Shown: positions 7,041 through 16,497 of the stretch, one piece after another | Layout: each line of letters begins with the position of its first letter | Numbering within the stretch: position 1 is the stretch's first letter | IMG/VR virus record: IMGVR_UViG_3300037761_000105 | Coordinates: 1 to 48,012 of that record | Origin: a virus | Taxonomy: Duplodnaviria > Caudoviricetes | Reading direction: 5' to 3' (one strand) | Length of the DNA: 48,012 nt | Position numbers and translations under genes: made by a program | The notes under the pieces: generated by a model | What the model saw: only the letters and a program-made list of their open reading frames with translations | Databases searched by the model: none | Told to the model about the DNA's origin: nothing

Positions 7041-8500
7041 GCCGCGTGCTCACGCAGCCTAGTTTGGAAGCGCTCCCTGTCCGCCTCGGCATGAGACTGG
7101 CCAAGCCGGTAAACCTCGTCGTCCTCACCCTTGCCGAACAGTGGATGCAGATGCTCCACGACCGAGTTGGGTGCCATCGCCCACACGTCGCGCTGTTTCG
7201 CTGCGGTGACGATCTCGTCATCGACGAACCAGTGCCGGTAACCCTCGTGGCAGACCACCTTCGGCCCGTCCCACGAGGCGCCGACCTCGTCCACGTAACT
7301 ACGGCGGATCAGCAGATGTGTGGCGTGTTCACCGGACGTCACCCGCGGGTTGGCGAGATCGTTAGTGCCGACGACGTGGGACCGGTCGCCCGCCACGGCT
7401 TGGGCATGATCGAGCCAGCCGGGGTGGAACCGCACATCATCGCCGACGACGAACAGCCACGGCTCACTGGTCATTCGGTAGCCGGCGTTCATCCGTTCCG
7501 CGAACGTGTGCGCGTCATCAATCAGTACCTCGGCACCGACCTGTCGCCAGGCGTCGATCGCGTTGGTCTCCTCCGGTGCCGCTACCGCGTAGGCGTGGGC
7601 GATTCCGGTGGATGCGCGCAGCGAGGTCATGAACCGTTCCGCGTTCTTCCACCGCATGGCCGGGACGATGACCGCGGTCTCCGCTTCGGCCGGTGGTGCC
7701 GCCACTGCCTCAGCCGGAACCTCGAACAGCCGGTGTCGGCGATAGTCGTCCTCAGCCAACCAGAACGGCTTCATGTGCGTCGTACGAACCCCGGTATGGA
7801 CGAACAACGGGATTCCCATCGCCTGCGTTCGCAGGCAGAACGACAGATCCTCGGAGATCAATTGCCCGGTGGACGTGTTCGGGACGCGGTTGTACCAGAT
7901 CGGCCCGTACTTTCGCTCGACCGCCTCGAACACCGACCGGTGCACCAGCAGGCAGGCCGAGCCGGTACCGGCGCATTGAGTCAGCGCGTCCGCCGGGTAA
8001 TCCCAGCGGACTGCGAACCCCATCTGATCGTCGACCTTCGCCCAGTCGAAGATGGTCGGGGTCGGGGCGGTGCGCCACCCACCGGCCGTGTCCGACTCGG
8101 TTTCTCGCAGCGAGAAACACAACCCACCCACCATGGGTCGTTCCTGTGGGTCTGCGGCCTCGATCAGACGGTCGATGGTGTCCGGCTCGAACCCCATGTC
8201 GGTGTCGATCCAGAACAGCCATTCGGCGGTTCGATCCTTGAGAAAATACTTAACGGCCTGGTTGCGGGCTTCGACCAGACCATCTGAGCCGCACCGCATG
8301 GCGATGTAGCCGCCGGCCATGATGCGGCCGTGGTTGCTCAGATCCCAGCCGACCATCTCGATCATCGAATGGTGCCAGGAGTAGGTGACCTCGTTCTGAT
8401 GCACGTAGGCCACCGTGACCGCCAATGCCGGGTCGCCCGTCTCCAGCGCATCCGGCATCGTCGTGGCAGGCTCAGCCACGGCGGGCCTGACGCTTCTCAC
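7037..8500 (-). CDS. Tandem two-domain GT-A glycosyltransferase (start uncertain, 8459-8500)
   Basis: Domain 1: ARN, WLFWIDTDMGF, GTGSACLLVHRSVF, SEDLSFC; domain 2: VIVPA, NAGY, FVVGDDVRF..GWL, HWFVDDE, VEHLH. Confidence 0.8.
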   Translation of the reverse strand: MRSVRPAVAEPATTMPDALETGDPALAVTVAYVHQNEVTYSWHHSMIEMVGWDLSNHGRIMAGGYIAMRCGSDGLVEARNQAVKYFLKDRTAEWLFWIDTDMGFEPDTIDRLIEAADPQERPMVGGLCFSLRETESDTAGGWRTAPTPTIFDWAKVDDQMGFAVRWDYPADALTQCAGTGSACLLVHRSVFEAVERKYGPIWYNRVPNTSTGQLISEDLSFCLRTQAMGIPLFVHTGVRTTHMKPFWLAEDDYRRHRLFEVPAEAVAAPPAEAETAVIVPAMRWKNAERFMTSLRASTGIAHAYAVAAPEETNAIDAWRQVGAEVLIDDAHTFAERMNAGYRMTSEPWLFVVGDDVRFHPGWLDHAQAVAGDRSHVVGTNDLANPRVTSGEHATHLLIRRSYVDEVGASWDGPKVVCHEGYRHWFVDDEIVTAAKQRDVWAMAPNSVVEHLHPLFGKGEDDEVYRLGQSHAEADRERFQTRLREHAA

Positions 8501-8711
8501 CCGGCGCGGCGGTAGCAGTCTCCACCGGGGCGTCGTAGCCGTCGGGCTCCTCGGAGTAGTTCAACCCGAAGCGGGCGTCGTCCGAGAAGTACTCCGGGTG
8601 GGCACGGACCACCGGGTCGTCGGCGGGCCAGTGTGATCCCTTCTGGATGACTCCGTTGATTCCCGACGGCAGTTGCACCGGTGCCGTCGTCGTCGCGTAC
8701 ACGACCTTCAT
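8472..8711 (-). CDS. Small conserved post-capsid protein
   Basis: W.ADDPVVRAHPEYF and VETATAAPGEKR motifs; RBS. Confidence 0.65.
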   Translation of the reverse strand: MKVVYATTTAPVQLPSGINGVIQKGSHWPADDPVVRAHPEYFSDDARFGLNYSEEPDGYDAPVETATAAPGEKRQARRG

Positions 8712-8775
8712 GTGATCTTCCTCTCCCTGGATATGTGGAGGCCCCCGCTCCAGGGAGGGACGGGGGCCGCCACGT
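8712..8775 (-). promoter_or_regulatory. Hairpin / putative pseudoknot overlapping the RBS of the first post-capsid gene
   Basis: Stem 8735-8747 with 8761-8773 (one mismatch); loop CUCCCUGGA pairs 9/9 with 8723-8731, overlapping the GGAGAGG SD. Confidence 0.6.
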
Positions 8776-8784
8776 TCGGTTGGG

Positions 8785-9036
8785 TCACTCGAAGCCGAGC
8801 TCGGCCAGCTTCTTCGTGACTGCTTTCGCCTGGTCGTCGTCGCCGTTCGACCTGGCCGTCTGCAACTGCGAGAGCAGCGCGTGCACAGCCGGATCGCCCG
8901 ACTCGGACGCTCGGGCGAGCTTTCCCGCTGCCGCCGGAGCGGCCTCGGTCTTCGGAGCCGAAGTGGTCTCGGTCTTCTTGACTTCGGGCACAGCAGCCTC
9001 CCTCATGAACGGGACGTCCGAGGTCTTCACGGACAC
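8785..9036 (-). CDS. Small hypothetical protein after capsid gene
   Basis: 83 aa, T/A/P-rich N-half, LARASESGDPAVH motif; abuts the capsid stop. Confidence 0.6.
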   Translation of the reverse strand: MSVKTSDVPFMREAAVPEVKKTETTSAPKTEAAPAAAGKLARASESGDPAVHALLSQLQTARSNGDDDQAKAVTKKLAELGFE

Positions 9037-9039
9037 CGA

Positions 9040-10536
9040 TCAGGTGTTGACCAGCAGGCGGAAGCCCAGGTCGTTGACCGAGTCCCCGCCGATGCGGGCG
9101 TAGGCGAACCAGGCACGCTGGCCGGTCGGCATGTTCGACGTCACGTCGAAGATGTGCGGCACCTGCTCGACGCTCATGCCGCCACGCCTTGCGATGACGT
9201 AGTTCTGGAAGTCGCCGACGACCGCGTAACCATCGGTCGCCGAAGTGGACGTGGTGGTGTCCGGCATGTACGGCGACTCGAACACGCCCTTGTTGAACAG
9301 CAAGGCCAGCCACTCGGCCTTGAGGTTCTCGGTGAACGCGTGGAACACGTTCGCCGTGCCGAGCTGCCGGATCTTGTTGTTCACGTCGACCGACATCAAC
9401 CACGCCGCCCGCCGCCGATACTTCTGCGGCAGCGCCTTCCACACCGCATACGGGTCGTTCGCACCGAACGTCGTCCCCGACGTCTGGATGCGGACCCGCA
9501 CGTTGGTGTTGCCCGACAGCGCCGTGAGGATGCCGAACGGCTCACCGGTGCCCGAACCGCGGGTGAACTTGTCCACCAGCAGCTCGTCGTAGCCGGCCGC
9601 GAGCAGCGAAGCCATCTCCTCGGCGAAGGACGGATAATCCTGGCCGACCTCGATCGAGTAGGGGATCAGGCCACGGGCCATGTGCACCCGGACCGTTGGC
9701 TGAGCCAGCGTCGGCGAGTTGTCCGTTGTCGCCGCCGCCTCAGTCTGGAACGCCCACGTCACACCAGCGGACGACACGCCCTTCCACTCGTTCGTGTTGA
9801 CCGGCACCTGGCGGGCCAGGGTCAGGAACGGGTTGTCCGACTCCTGAGCCGTCAGGATGATCGACGGGTCGATGAACACCGGGATGCCGAAACCGCCGGC
9901 CGTGGTCGTGACCTCGCCCATGGCCCGGTACTCGTTGTACCGGCGAAGCGCGTCGCGCTCCTCATCCTCGAGGAGATAGTTCGCGTCCGGCTGCGTGACG
10001 ACCTTCATCCACGCACTGCGGTAGGCGTCGGTCTCGGTGACCAGGATGCGGCGGGCGATGTCAGGGTCGCGGCGGATCTGCCGCTCGACCTCGTCCTTCT
10101 GGACTGCGGTCATGTGACTCGTCGTGGACCGGTCGTCCAGCCGCCGCATCGCGTTCTCCCGGGTCTCAGTGGGGCTGAGCCGGCGAATGTCGGCGAACGG
10201 GTCGTCCGAGCCGTACTTGATGTTGGCTAGGGCACGCTCCACGGCCTTCGGCTTGCGCCGGAAGATCTCCTGGATGTTGCGGTGCTCCTCGATGCGCGTC
10301 AGGGCCTTGTCCCGCAGCTTCAGGCCGTAGTCGAACGCCTTCTGCTCCTCGGGGGTCTTCTCCCGCAGCTCGCCCTCTTCGGTCTGGTGAATCGAGCGCA
10401 GATGCGCGTCGAGCACCTCGACGTAGGCGACGAGCTCGTCGGGGGTCTTGCCTCGAAGCTCGTCGGGCACGCTGTCGCCGAGATCGGCGACGTCCTTCCC
10501 GCGGAGCTCTTCGAGGATGGTCGTTTCCTCGCTCAT
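9040..10536 (-). CDS. Major capsid protein (HK97 fold)
   Basis: Coiled N-terminal delta region, AGGFGIP, GTGEPFGIL, GDFQNYVI, ARIGG motifs; synteny. Confidence 0.9.
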   Translation of the reverse strand: MSEETTILEELRGKDVADLGDSVPDELRGKTPDELVAYVEVLDAHLRSIHQTEEGELREKTPEEQKAFDYGLKLRDKALTRIEEHRNIQEIFRRKPKAVERALANIKYGSDDPFADIRRLSPTETRENAMRRLDDRSTTSHMTAVQKDEVERQIRRDPDIARRILVTETDAYRSAWMKVVTQPDANYLLEDEERDALRRYNEYRAMGEVTTTAGGFGIPVFIDPSIILTAQESDNPFLTLARQVPVNTNEWKGVSSAGVTWAFQTEAAATTDNSPTLAQPTVRVHMARGLIPYSIEVGQDYPSFAEEMASLLAAGYDELLVDKFTRGSGTGEPFGILTALSGNTNVRVRIQTSGTTFGANDPYAVWKALPQKYRRRAAWLMSVDVNNKIRQLGTANVFHAFTENLKAEWLALLFNKGVFESPYMPDTTTSTSATDGYAVVGDFQNYVIARRGGMSVEQVPHIFDVTSNMPTGQRAWFAYARIGGDSVNDLGFRLLVNT

Positions 10537-11549
10537 GTGATAATCCTTCGCAGTCGCAGCGCCCCGTCGTCGAGACGCTGACGGTTGATGAGAACGGTGG
10601 ACGCTTCGCCACTGCCGGGCTCGTCGTCCGGATCACCGCCATCCGTGCTCCGCGCATCGGATCGCCCGGTGAAATCAAGGTCCGCGGCGAGTCCGAGTTC
10701 GGCTGCCAGCTCGCGGAGAAGTGCCCGGTGCTCGGTCGGGTCCAGCTGCGCCAGTAGCGACCGCACCGACACCGTGGTCTGGTCGTAGGCGGGGAACACG
10801 ACCGGCCCGCATTCGGCGGTGTCCGTATCGACGATCTCCCGCAGGTCGACGTCGCCGCTGCGGCGGGTCCACGTGTCGCCGCCGTCGGGGATGCTGAACC
10901 GGAACGACATGCCGCGGATGGCTCGTTCGGCGATGGCCTGCCGCACTGGCTCGACCGTCGGGTTGTCGAACAGTTGCGCCCGCACGTACAGGCCGTTGTC
11001 GTCCTCGCGGATGTCCTGAATCGACCCGATCGGCACCGCCCCGACGCGCGGGTCGCGGCCGTGCTCGAACTGCAGCACCGGGGTGCGCTGTTCCAGGCTG
11101 CGCTTGAACGCGCCCGGCAGGATCACCTCGTCGAAATCCCCGCCGAACGCGGGGATGCGGGTGGTCTGGTTGAACACGGCTGCGTAGCCCTCAAGGGTTC
11201 GGCCGTCGCCGTTGGAGCGGGATTCGAAGTCGAACGCCCGCACGCACATGCCGGCCACGTCGGGACGGGCCGAGCTGCCGACGTCGATGCCGAACTTCTT
11301 CGCCGCTGCCTTGATCTTGGGCATTGCCTTCGCTCCGAACGGTGATTGTGATGCTCGCGCCAACGCGTTGCGGACGTGGGCGGCGTCATGGATCGGGAAG
11401 TGCCGCTTCGACCGCGGCGTCGTCTTGCCCTGCTCGTCCTTACTGCCACCCGGTTCGATGTAGGCGAACGCCGAATCGGGCAGATCGTTGATCCGCTTAG
11501 CGGTCATCTCCGCCCGTTCGGTGACGTCGAGCTCCGTGACCGTGTCCAT
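10533..11549 (-). CDS. HK97-family prohead protease with N-terminal DUF6582-like domain
   Basis: LEGYAAVFN, E.I.PGAF, FEHG, GMSFRF, GPVVFPAY..T; N-terminal LPDSAFAY...FPIHDAAHVRNALAR; GGAG RBS. Confidence 0.85.
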   Translation of the reverse strand: MDTVTELDVTERAEMTAKRINDLPDSAFAYIEPGGSKDEQGKTTPRSKRHFPIHDAAHVRNALARASQSPFGAKAMPKIKAAAKKFGIDVGSSARPDVAGMCVRAFDFESRSNGDGRTLEGYAAVFNQTTRIPAFGGDFDEVILPGAFKRSLEQRTPVLQFEHGRDPRVGAVPIGSIQDIREDDNGLYVRAQLFDNPTVEPVRQAIAERAIRGMSFRFSIPDGGDTWTRRSGDVDLREIVDTDTAECGPVVFPAYDQTTVSVRSLLAQLDPTEHRALLRELAAELGLAADLDFTGRSDARSTDGGDPDDEPGSGEASTVLINRQRLDDGALRLRRIIT

Positions 11550-11550
11550 G

Positions 11551-12981
11551 TCAGGACTCCTTGCCTGTTGGGAGCTTCGGTCGGTCGCCATTCGGCACTG
11601 CCGGCTGGGTCACCATCCCGGGTGGCTGCAGCTGCACCGACACCAGCCCGGTGTGCACCAGTAGATTCATGTCCTGCCCGATCACTGCCGCCGTCGCCGA
11701 CGGCGCGGTGAACCCCTCACGCACCAGCATCGTGATCGTCGTCGCCTGAATGTTCTGGATCTCGGCCGCGTCCTTGGCGTCCTCGCGCAGCAGTGGCATA
11801 TCGGCCGTGTCGAACCACAACTCCGTGTCCGGCTCGCCACTGCGGCTCTTCGGCAGAGTCAGAATGGACTCCAGCGACGCCGAGATGTCCTGCAGCGACG
11901 GGTAGATCCACGAGTCCGCGAAGATACGCCGCGCCATACCGAAATTGCCCTGATTCAGCGACGACCCGGCCAGCCCCTCGGAGATGCCCAGCAGCGGCGC
12001 CGGCACCCGACCCAGGAACGCGATCCGCGTCTCGCCGGCGCCCTGCGTCGCCTTGAACTCCAACTGCTTGAGATCGGCGCCAACAGGTGTCGCGTCCGCG
12101 CCAGCAGTCAAATACAGCGTGCGATAGGCGTTAGCAACGCCCTGATGCCGCTGATCGATCATGTCGACGATGCCGTCGAACTGCTCCTTCGTCACCGCCG
12201 GTATGCCCTTGACGACCAAGTTGACGGTGGCGCCGTTCTCGAAGAACTTGACCTTGTGGTCGGTCGCCAGCCGATCGCCCTGAATGTCCCGCAGCGCTGC
12301 GGTCACCCACGACTGGCCCATCCCGGGACGCTCCGGATCCGGGATCTGCGACCAATGCGCGAACTCGTCCGGCAGCAACGTCTGCGGCTTGTTCCGCGAC
12401 GCGTCAAGCCCACCGTTCTGGTACACCAGCCCGAGCAGCGTGCCGTCCAGCGCGGTGGCCGCGTCCTCCGGCTCCTGCTCCGAACCCCACAGCAGGCCGC
12501 ACCAGTCCGGGCGCAACACCCGCAACCGGTCCGGTTGCCGCGCCACGTAGGCGTTGCCGGCCAGACCCGAGTGCCACTCCATCGTCGCGAGCAGATCACC
12601 GGTCGTGGCGTGCGGCCACGGGCGCTCCAGGATGCCCAACTCGCGGGTTCCGAACGTGCGACGCGGCGTCGGCGACGACGGACGGTTACGCCAGATGAAC
12701 CGCGCCTGCGACAGCACCAGCGCACGCACCATCTGCGCCGCGAACGCCGGCGGGCAGGCCCGCAACGCAGCCGCATAGCCGGGCAGGGTCGCCGCGATCC
12801 GCTGCACCCGAGTGCCCGCCAAGGTTTGATTCAGCCCATGCAGCGGGTACGAATGCCCGTTGTACGTGAACTGTCCTGGGATCAGGTAGTCGGTGATGTA
12901 CTGATCGATGCTGAACCGGCGCTCGGACCGGGCTGCGTCAGTACGTTCAGCGGCGATCCGCTCAAGCAGTCCTGCCGCCAC
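11551..12981 (-). CDS. Portal protein
   Basis: GNAY, LRPDW, G.SWV, FFENGA, IA...RVP..LLG; position after TerL. Confidence 0.85.
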   Translation of the reverse strand: MAAGLLERIAAERTDAARSERRFSIDQYITDYLIPGQFTYNGHSYPLHGLNQTLAGTRVQRIAATLPGYAAALRACPPAFAAQMVRALVLSQARFIWRNRPSSPTPRRTFGTRELGILERPWPHATTGDLLATMEWHSGLAGNAYVARQPDRLRVLRPDWCGLLWGSEQEPEDAATALDGTLLGLVYQNGGLDASRNKPQTLLPDEFAHWSQIPDPERPGMGQSWVTAALRDIQGDRLATDHKVKFFENGATVNLVVKGIPAVTKEQFDGIVDMIDQRHQGVANAYRTLYLTAGADATPVGADLKQLEFKATQGAGETRIAFLGRVPAPLLGISEGLAGSSLNQGNFGMARRIFADSWIYPSLQDISASLESILTLPKSRSGEPDTELWFDTADMPLLREDAKDAAEIQNIQATTITMLVREGFTAPSATAAVIGQDMNLLVHTGLVSVQLQPPGMVTQPAVPNGDRPKLPTGKES

Positions 12982-12983
12982 AT

Positions 12984-13214
12984 TCAGCCACCCTTACTGA
13001 CCAGGGCAGACGAGGCGCGACCCTCTTTCCACCCAACCCTGACAGCAGTCCATGACCAGGCGAATGCGAGCCAGACGACGTTTACCAGCTTCGCCGCCAG
13101 CCATCCGACCACGTAGAACAGCCCAGCCAGCAGCGTCAGCACTGTTCGGCCGAGTTCGATCTGACGCGCCTCTGCGGTGATCCGCTCCACCGGGACTCGA
13201 TCAAGAACTGCCAT
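12984..13214 (-). CDS. Small membrane protein between TerL and portal
   Basis: Hydrophobic 76-aa ORF with GGAG RBS. Confidence 0.65.
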   Translation of the reverse strand: MAVLDRVPVERITAEARQIELGRTVLTLLAGLFYVVGWLAAKLVNVVWLAFAWSWTAVRVGWKEGRASSALVSKGG

Positions 13215-13223
13215 TTGCGTCTC

Positions 13224-14831
13224 CTATCGCCAAGCCCCGAAGAACGGCTGTTCCTGCTCGACCAGCCCGTGCTCGATCGCGTGTGCCCGCGACTCATGGG
13301 CCAGCACACCGGCCACCGCAGCGTCGATGAGCAGCCCGTCGCCGCGCTTGGCCATCTTCAGATAGTGGGTGGTCAACGTCTCGTCTTCACCAGGCCGGGG
13401 CTTCTTTCTCGAGCCCTTCACCAGCACCGCGTTCTTCGCATGCCTACTCAGCGCGTCATGCGGCGCGTAAGTGATCTCCCCGGCACCGAACGATGTGGTG
13501 AACCGCTCAATGGCCCGGTCCATTCGTTGCTCGACGTTCGTCGGGAACTCCACCACCCGCTGATCGCCGAACGCGGCGACCCAGTTGTCCAGGTAGTCCT
13601 GCCACCGGTACGGGTCGGCGAACATGCACGCCACGTTGTACAGCTCGAAGGTGTCCCGCACCACCCGGTCGACCTCGGCGGTCGGCACCTTCCAGTCCGG
13701 ACCGTCAGCCTCGCCACGCTCCCAGATCCGCACCACGAATAACCGGCCATCGGAGATCCGCGACGCGACCAGCGCCGTGGCGTCCCGGTACTTCGACCCG
13801 TCGAAACCGAGCGCGACCGGCACGCCGCTGCTCAGTGCCTCGTCGTCCTTGGCCTGCAGATCCCAACGCAGCGGATCCACGAACACCGACTCGCCCACGA
13901 CGATCTCGTTCAGGAAGAACCGGCGTCGGTCCGCCTCCAGATGCCGAGACGAACGGCACTCGCCCATGATACGGCCCTTGATGTTCACCCAGCCGCCGCG
14001 CTCACGCGCCGAATCGCCGTACTGGCGCAAAAGCTCCCGGTACAACGCCTCGTCGTCGGACAACTCCTCGACCCGGACCGATTCGACCGTGTCGACGAAC
14101 ACGTCCCGATCCGGCGACTCCGCGGTGACCTGCGCCTCCGAACCCTCCGTCGGGTCGTAGGCGTTCGTCAATTCCAGCCAACGGCCATCCATGCCGGCCA
14201 CATTCCGCTTCACCGCGCCGCACACCCGGCGGTAACCACCCTGCAAGGTGAACAGATGTGACTCGGTGATCGTCACGAACGTCATCGGCGCACCCAGGCG
14301 AGCCTTCGCCGACGTCGTCGCCGGCTCCAACTTCCCACCGCTGGCAAGATCCACCTTCGTCTGGCCGACCTCGCGCACCGCGGGCAAGTCCAGGATCGGC
14401 CCCAGCCTGGCCATCGCCAGCAACGGCCGCCACGTGTTGTCGGTCTGATCCTCCGACGTGCCCAGACACACGATCAGCGGCGTCGGATACGGGGCGCCCA
14501 CCGGCTCACCGGCAGCGTTCCAGCCGTCGAACCGGGTCGGCCCCAACGCCTCAGCCCAGCAGATCGCCGCGCCAAACGGGTCCTTGCCCCACTTCTGCGA
14601 CCGCCGCAACTGGGCACCCGTGTGCGACAACCCGATCGGGCCCGGCCACGGCTCAGCCTCCGGATCCAGCCGGTAGAACTGCAGCAGAAACCGCCACATC
14701 TCGTCCGTGAGCATGAACGGCTTACCCTGCCGGTAGCCGTCCGGGATCACACAGTGCGATTCGATCCACTCGCCGGCGTCATAACCAAGCGTCGGGTATT
14801 CGCCCTCGTGCTCAGGACCACGCCACGGCAA
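13224..14831 (-). CDS. terL: Terminase large subunit
   Basis: RSQKWGKDP Walker A, ITESH Walker B, LTNA, LGFDGS...DATAL nuclease, ADPY.W, IDAAVA. Confidence 0.9.
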   Translation of the reverse strand: MPWRGPEHEGEYPTLGYDAGEWIESHCVIPDGYRQGKPFMLTDEMWRFLLQFYRLDPEAEPWPGPIGLSHTGAQLRRSQKWGKDPFGAAICWAEALGPTRFDGWNAAGEPVGAPYPTPLIVCLGTSEDQTDNTWRPLLAMARLGPILDLPAVREVGQTKVDLASGGKLEPATTSAKARLGAPMTFVTITESHLFTLQGGYRRVCGAVKRNVAGMDGRWLELTNAYDPTEGSEAQVTAESPDRDVFVDTVESVRVEELSDDEALYRELLRQYGDSARERGGWVNIKGRIMGECRSSRHLEADRRRFFLNEIVVGESVFVDPLRWDLQAKDDEALSSGVPVALGFDGSKYRDATALVASRISDGRLFVVRIWERGEADGPDWKVPTAEVDRVVRDTFELYNVACMFADPYRWQDYLDNWVAAFGDQRVVEFPTNVEQRMDRAIERFTTSFGAGEITYAPHDALSRHAKNAVLVKGSRKKPRPGEDETLTTHYLKMAKRGDGLLIDAAVAGVLAHESRAHAIEHGLVEQEQPFFGAWR

Positions 14832-14833
14832 CG

Positions 14834-15229
14834 TCAAACCGCCTTGATCCGGCGGCGAACATCCGAGGATTCGCGGTGCTCTTTCACCTCGTCGGCGACG
14901 ATCTCCCACAACAGCATCCGCATCGCCTTCGGCGTCAGACCCAGCCGGTCCTCGAGGTGCCTGGCCTCGGCCAGCGCGTCCTTATCGAGCACCTCGGCAG
15001 CCAACGCAACTCGGGCGTACCGGGCCACCACTCGGGTCCAGCCCAGACGCTGCCACGCGACCGCCTGCGGCGTAGCCCAAAGCTGCCGCCAGATGCGCTG
15101 GATCTGCGCGCTTGGCTTCCCGTCCAGCGGCCACGCGGGCGGCGCACCCTTGCGACCTTCGGCCGGCAGTTGCAGCGGCCCAACCCGCGAGTTGCGGCGA
15201 ACGGGGTTGATCTTAGGCGTGGGGGGCAT
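14834..15229 (-). CDS. terS: Terminase small subunit
   Basis: W..LW.TPQA..W, E.R.LEDRLGLTP motifs; GGAGG RBS; directly upstream of TerL. Confidence 0.8.
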   Translation of the reverse strand: MPPTPKINPVRRNSRVGPLQLPAEGRKGAPPAWPLDGKPSAQIQRIWRQLWATPQAVAWQRLGWTRVVARYARVALAAEVLDKDALAEARHLEDRLGLTPKAMRMLLWEIVADEVKEHRESSDVRRRIKAV

Positions 15230-15341
15230 GATCGACCTCCCAAACTGTACAAATTGCGAGTCAGGGGGATCGGGGTCCGGAGCAATGTCCGTTTTGCCGT
15301 GCTCGGGGTGCCCCCCTACCCTTCCAGCGCGGCGTTCGTCG
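15230..15341. other. Candidate cos/packaging initiation region
   Basis: Non-coding gap between HNH and terS with G/C runs (GGGTAGGGGGGCACCCC on minus); position typical for HK97-like cos phages. Confidence 0.3.
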
Positions 15342-15677
15342 CTACGAGCGCTTACCTTTCGCACCATTGCATGATCGGCATAGCACGACGAGATCGCTCA
15401 GCTCGTGACCAACAACGGCGAACGCAACGACGTGATCAGCAGTCAGGTCGGTAGCAGGGTGGGGTGGGCGCTGCCATCCAGGGCACCAGTCGCCGTGCTC
15501 GGCACGCCATGCCTGCACCACCTGTGCGCGGCGCTGGTCCTCGGCGTAGGTGTGGGGTCGGGTTGTCCGCTTGGCCTGGTCCCTGGCCGCCTGACACCGG
15601 GGGCACCGCGTCCCTTGCTTGCCGCCGGACCTACCCCGAACGAGGGCGCCGCAGTCAAGGCAGGGACGAGTTGTCAT
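15342..15677 (-). CDS. Terminase-associated HNH endonuclease
   Basis: CxxC pairs, TADH, LCRSCNGAKG. Confidence 0.75.
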   Translation of the reverse strand: MTTRPCLDCGALVRGRSGGKQGTRCPRCQAARDQAKRTTRPHTYAEDQRRAQVVQAWRAEHGDWCPGWQRPPHPATDLTADHVVAFAVVGHELSDLVVLCRSCNGAKGKRS

Positions 15678-15732
15678 GATCGCATTGAGGCGGACTGCAG
15701 AGCAGTCAACCACACAGTACGCGAAAGGGTGT

Positions 15733-16497
15733 TCATGCTGCAACGACACGCTCGACCTCGGCCAGATCCACCATGATCCTGCGCTCGTCCCCGTGATTGG
15801 CCAGCCGTCCGGCCTTCACCCAGTTCTGCACCGTGCGTGCCGTCACACCCAGCGATGAGGCCGCCACCTGCACATCCACGTAGCCGATGGTCTCACCCTT
15901 GCGAGCCAGGATGCGCCTGCCTGCACGCAGCCACTGGTGCGGTTCCCACCTGGTCTGGCACGCCGAGCACTCCATCCGTGCCGGCCGCTCGGGCTGAGCA
16001 GGGATGTACGCCCTGATCTCGCCTTGGCAGCCGAGCTCAGGGCAGGGCCCGACGGGGAACGTAGTCCGGTTGGCCGGCAGGTCGATCACCCTGGCAGCAA
16101 ACCGCACAGCACTGACAATCTCGCCGTGGATGTCCTCGGCCGCAGCATGCACGGCGATGCGGTCCATTCGCTTGAGCAGCCAGCCGGCCATCGCGGGCAG
16201 GGTGTCTTCCGGCCAGACTTGCATGGTGCCTTCGGCCATGTCCCGCACCCAGCCGACGAGCGCCACCCGTAGATCCGAGCGGGCCTTGAGCGCGCCGGGG
16301 TGCACCGGCATCGGCGTCTCGGCCGACCGTCCGCCGTTGTGCTCGCCGAGAACCGCCAGCCGGGACAGCACCAGCTCGAGCTGTTCGTCCAGCCAGGCCA
16401 CGTCGCCGAGGTCGCACTCCAGCGCCCACAGGCAGCTGTTGCACAGCGCCAGCGTGTCGCGGGTGGGCCGGCCGCAACCGCTGGCGCAGATGCTCAC
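15733..16497 (-). CDS. Zn-finger protein with C-terminal HTH (probable late transcription regulator)
   Basis: CxxxC..CxxC, GPCP...C..CxxC..W and AASSLGVTARTVQNWV HTH; precedes the late operon. Confidence 0.6.
   Translation of the reverse strand: MSICASGCGRPTRDTLALCNSCLWALECDLGDVAWLDEQLELVLSRLAVLGEHNGGRSAETPMPVHPGALKARSDLRVALVGWVRDMAEGTMQVWPEDTLPAMAGWLLKRMDRIAVHAAAEDIHGEIVSAVRFAARVIDLPANRTTFPVGPCPELGCQGEIRAYIPAQPERPARMECSACQTRWEPHQWLRAGRRILARKGETIGYVDVQVAASSLGVTARTVQNWVKAGRLANHGDERRIMVDLAEVERVVAA

Noticed and set aside
3316-8500. DNA hypermodification role for the GT cluster
   Set aside because: Disfavoured, not excluded: the genes are in the late structural operon and no base hydroxymethylase, kinase or phage polymerase is visible
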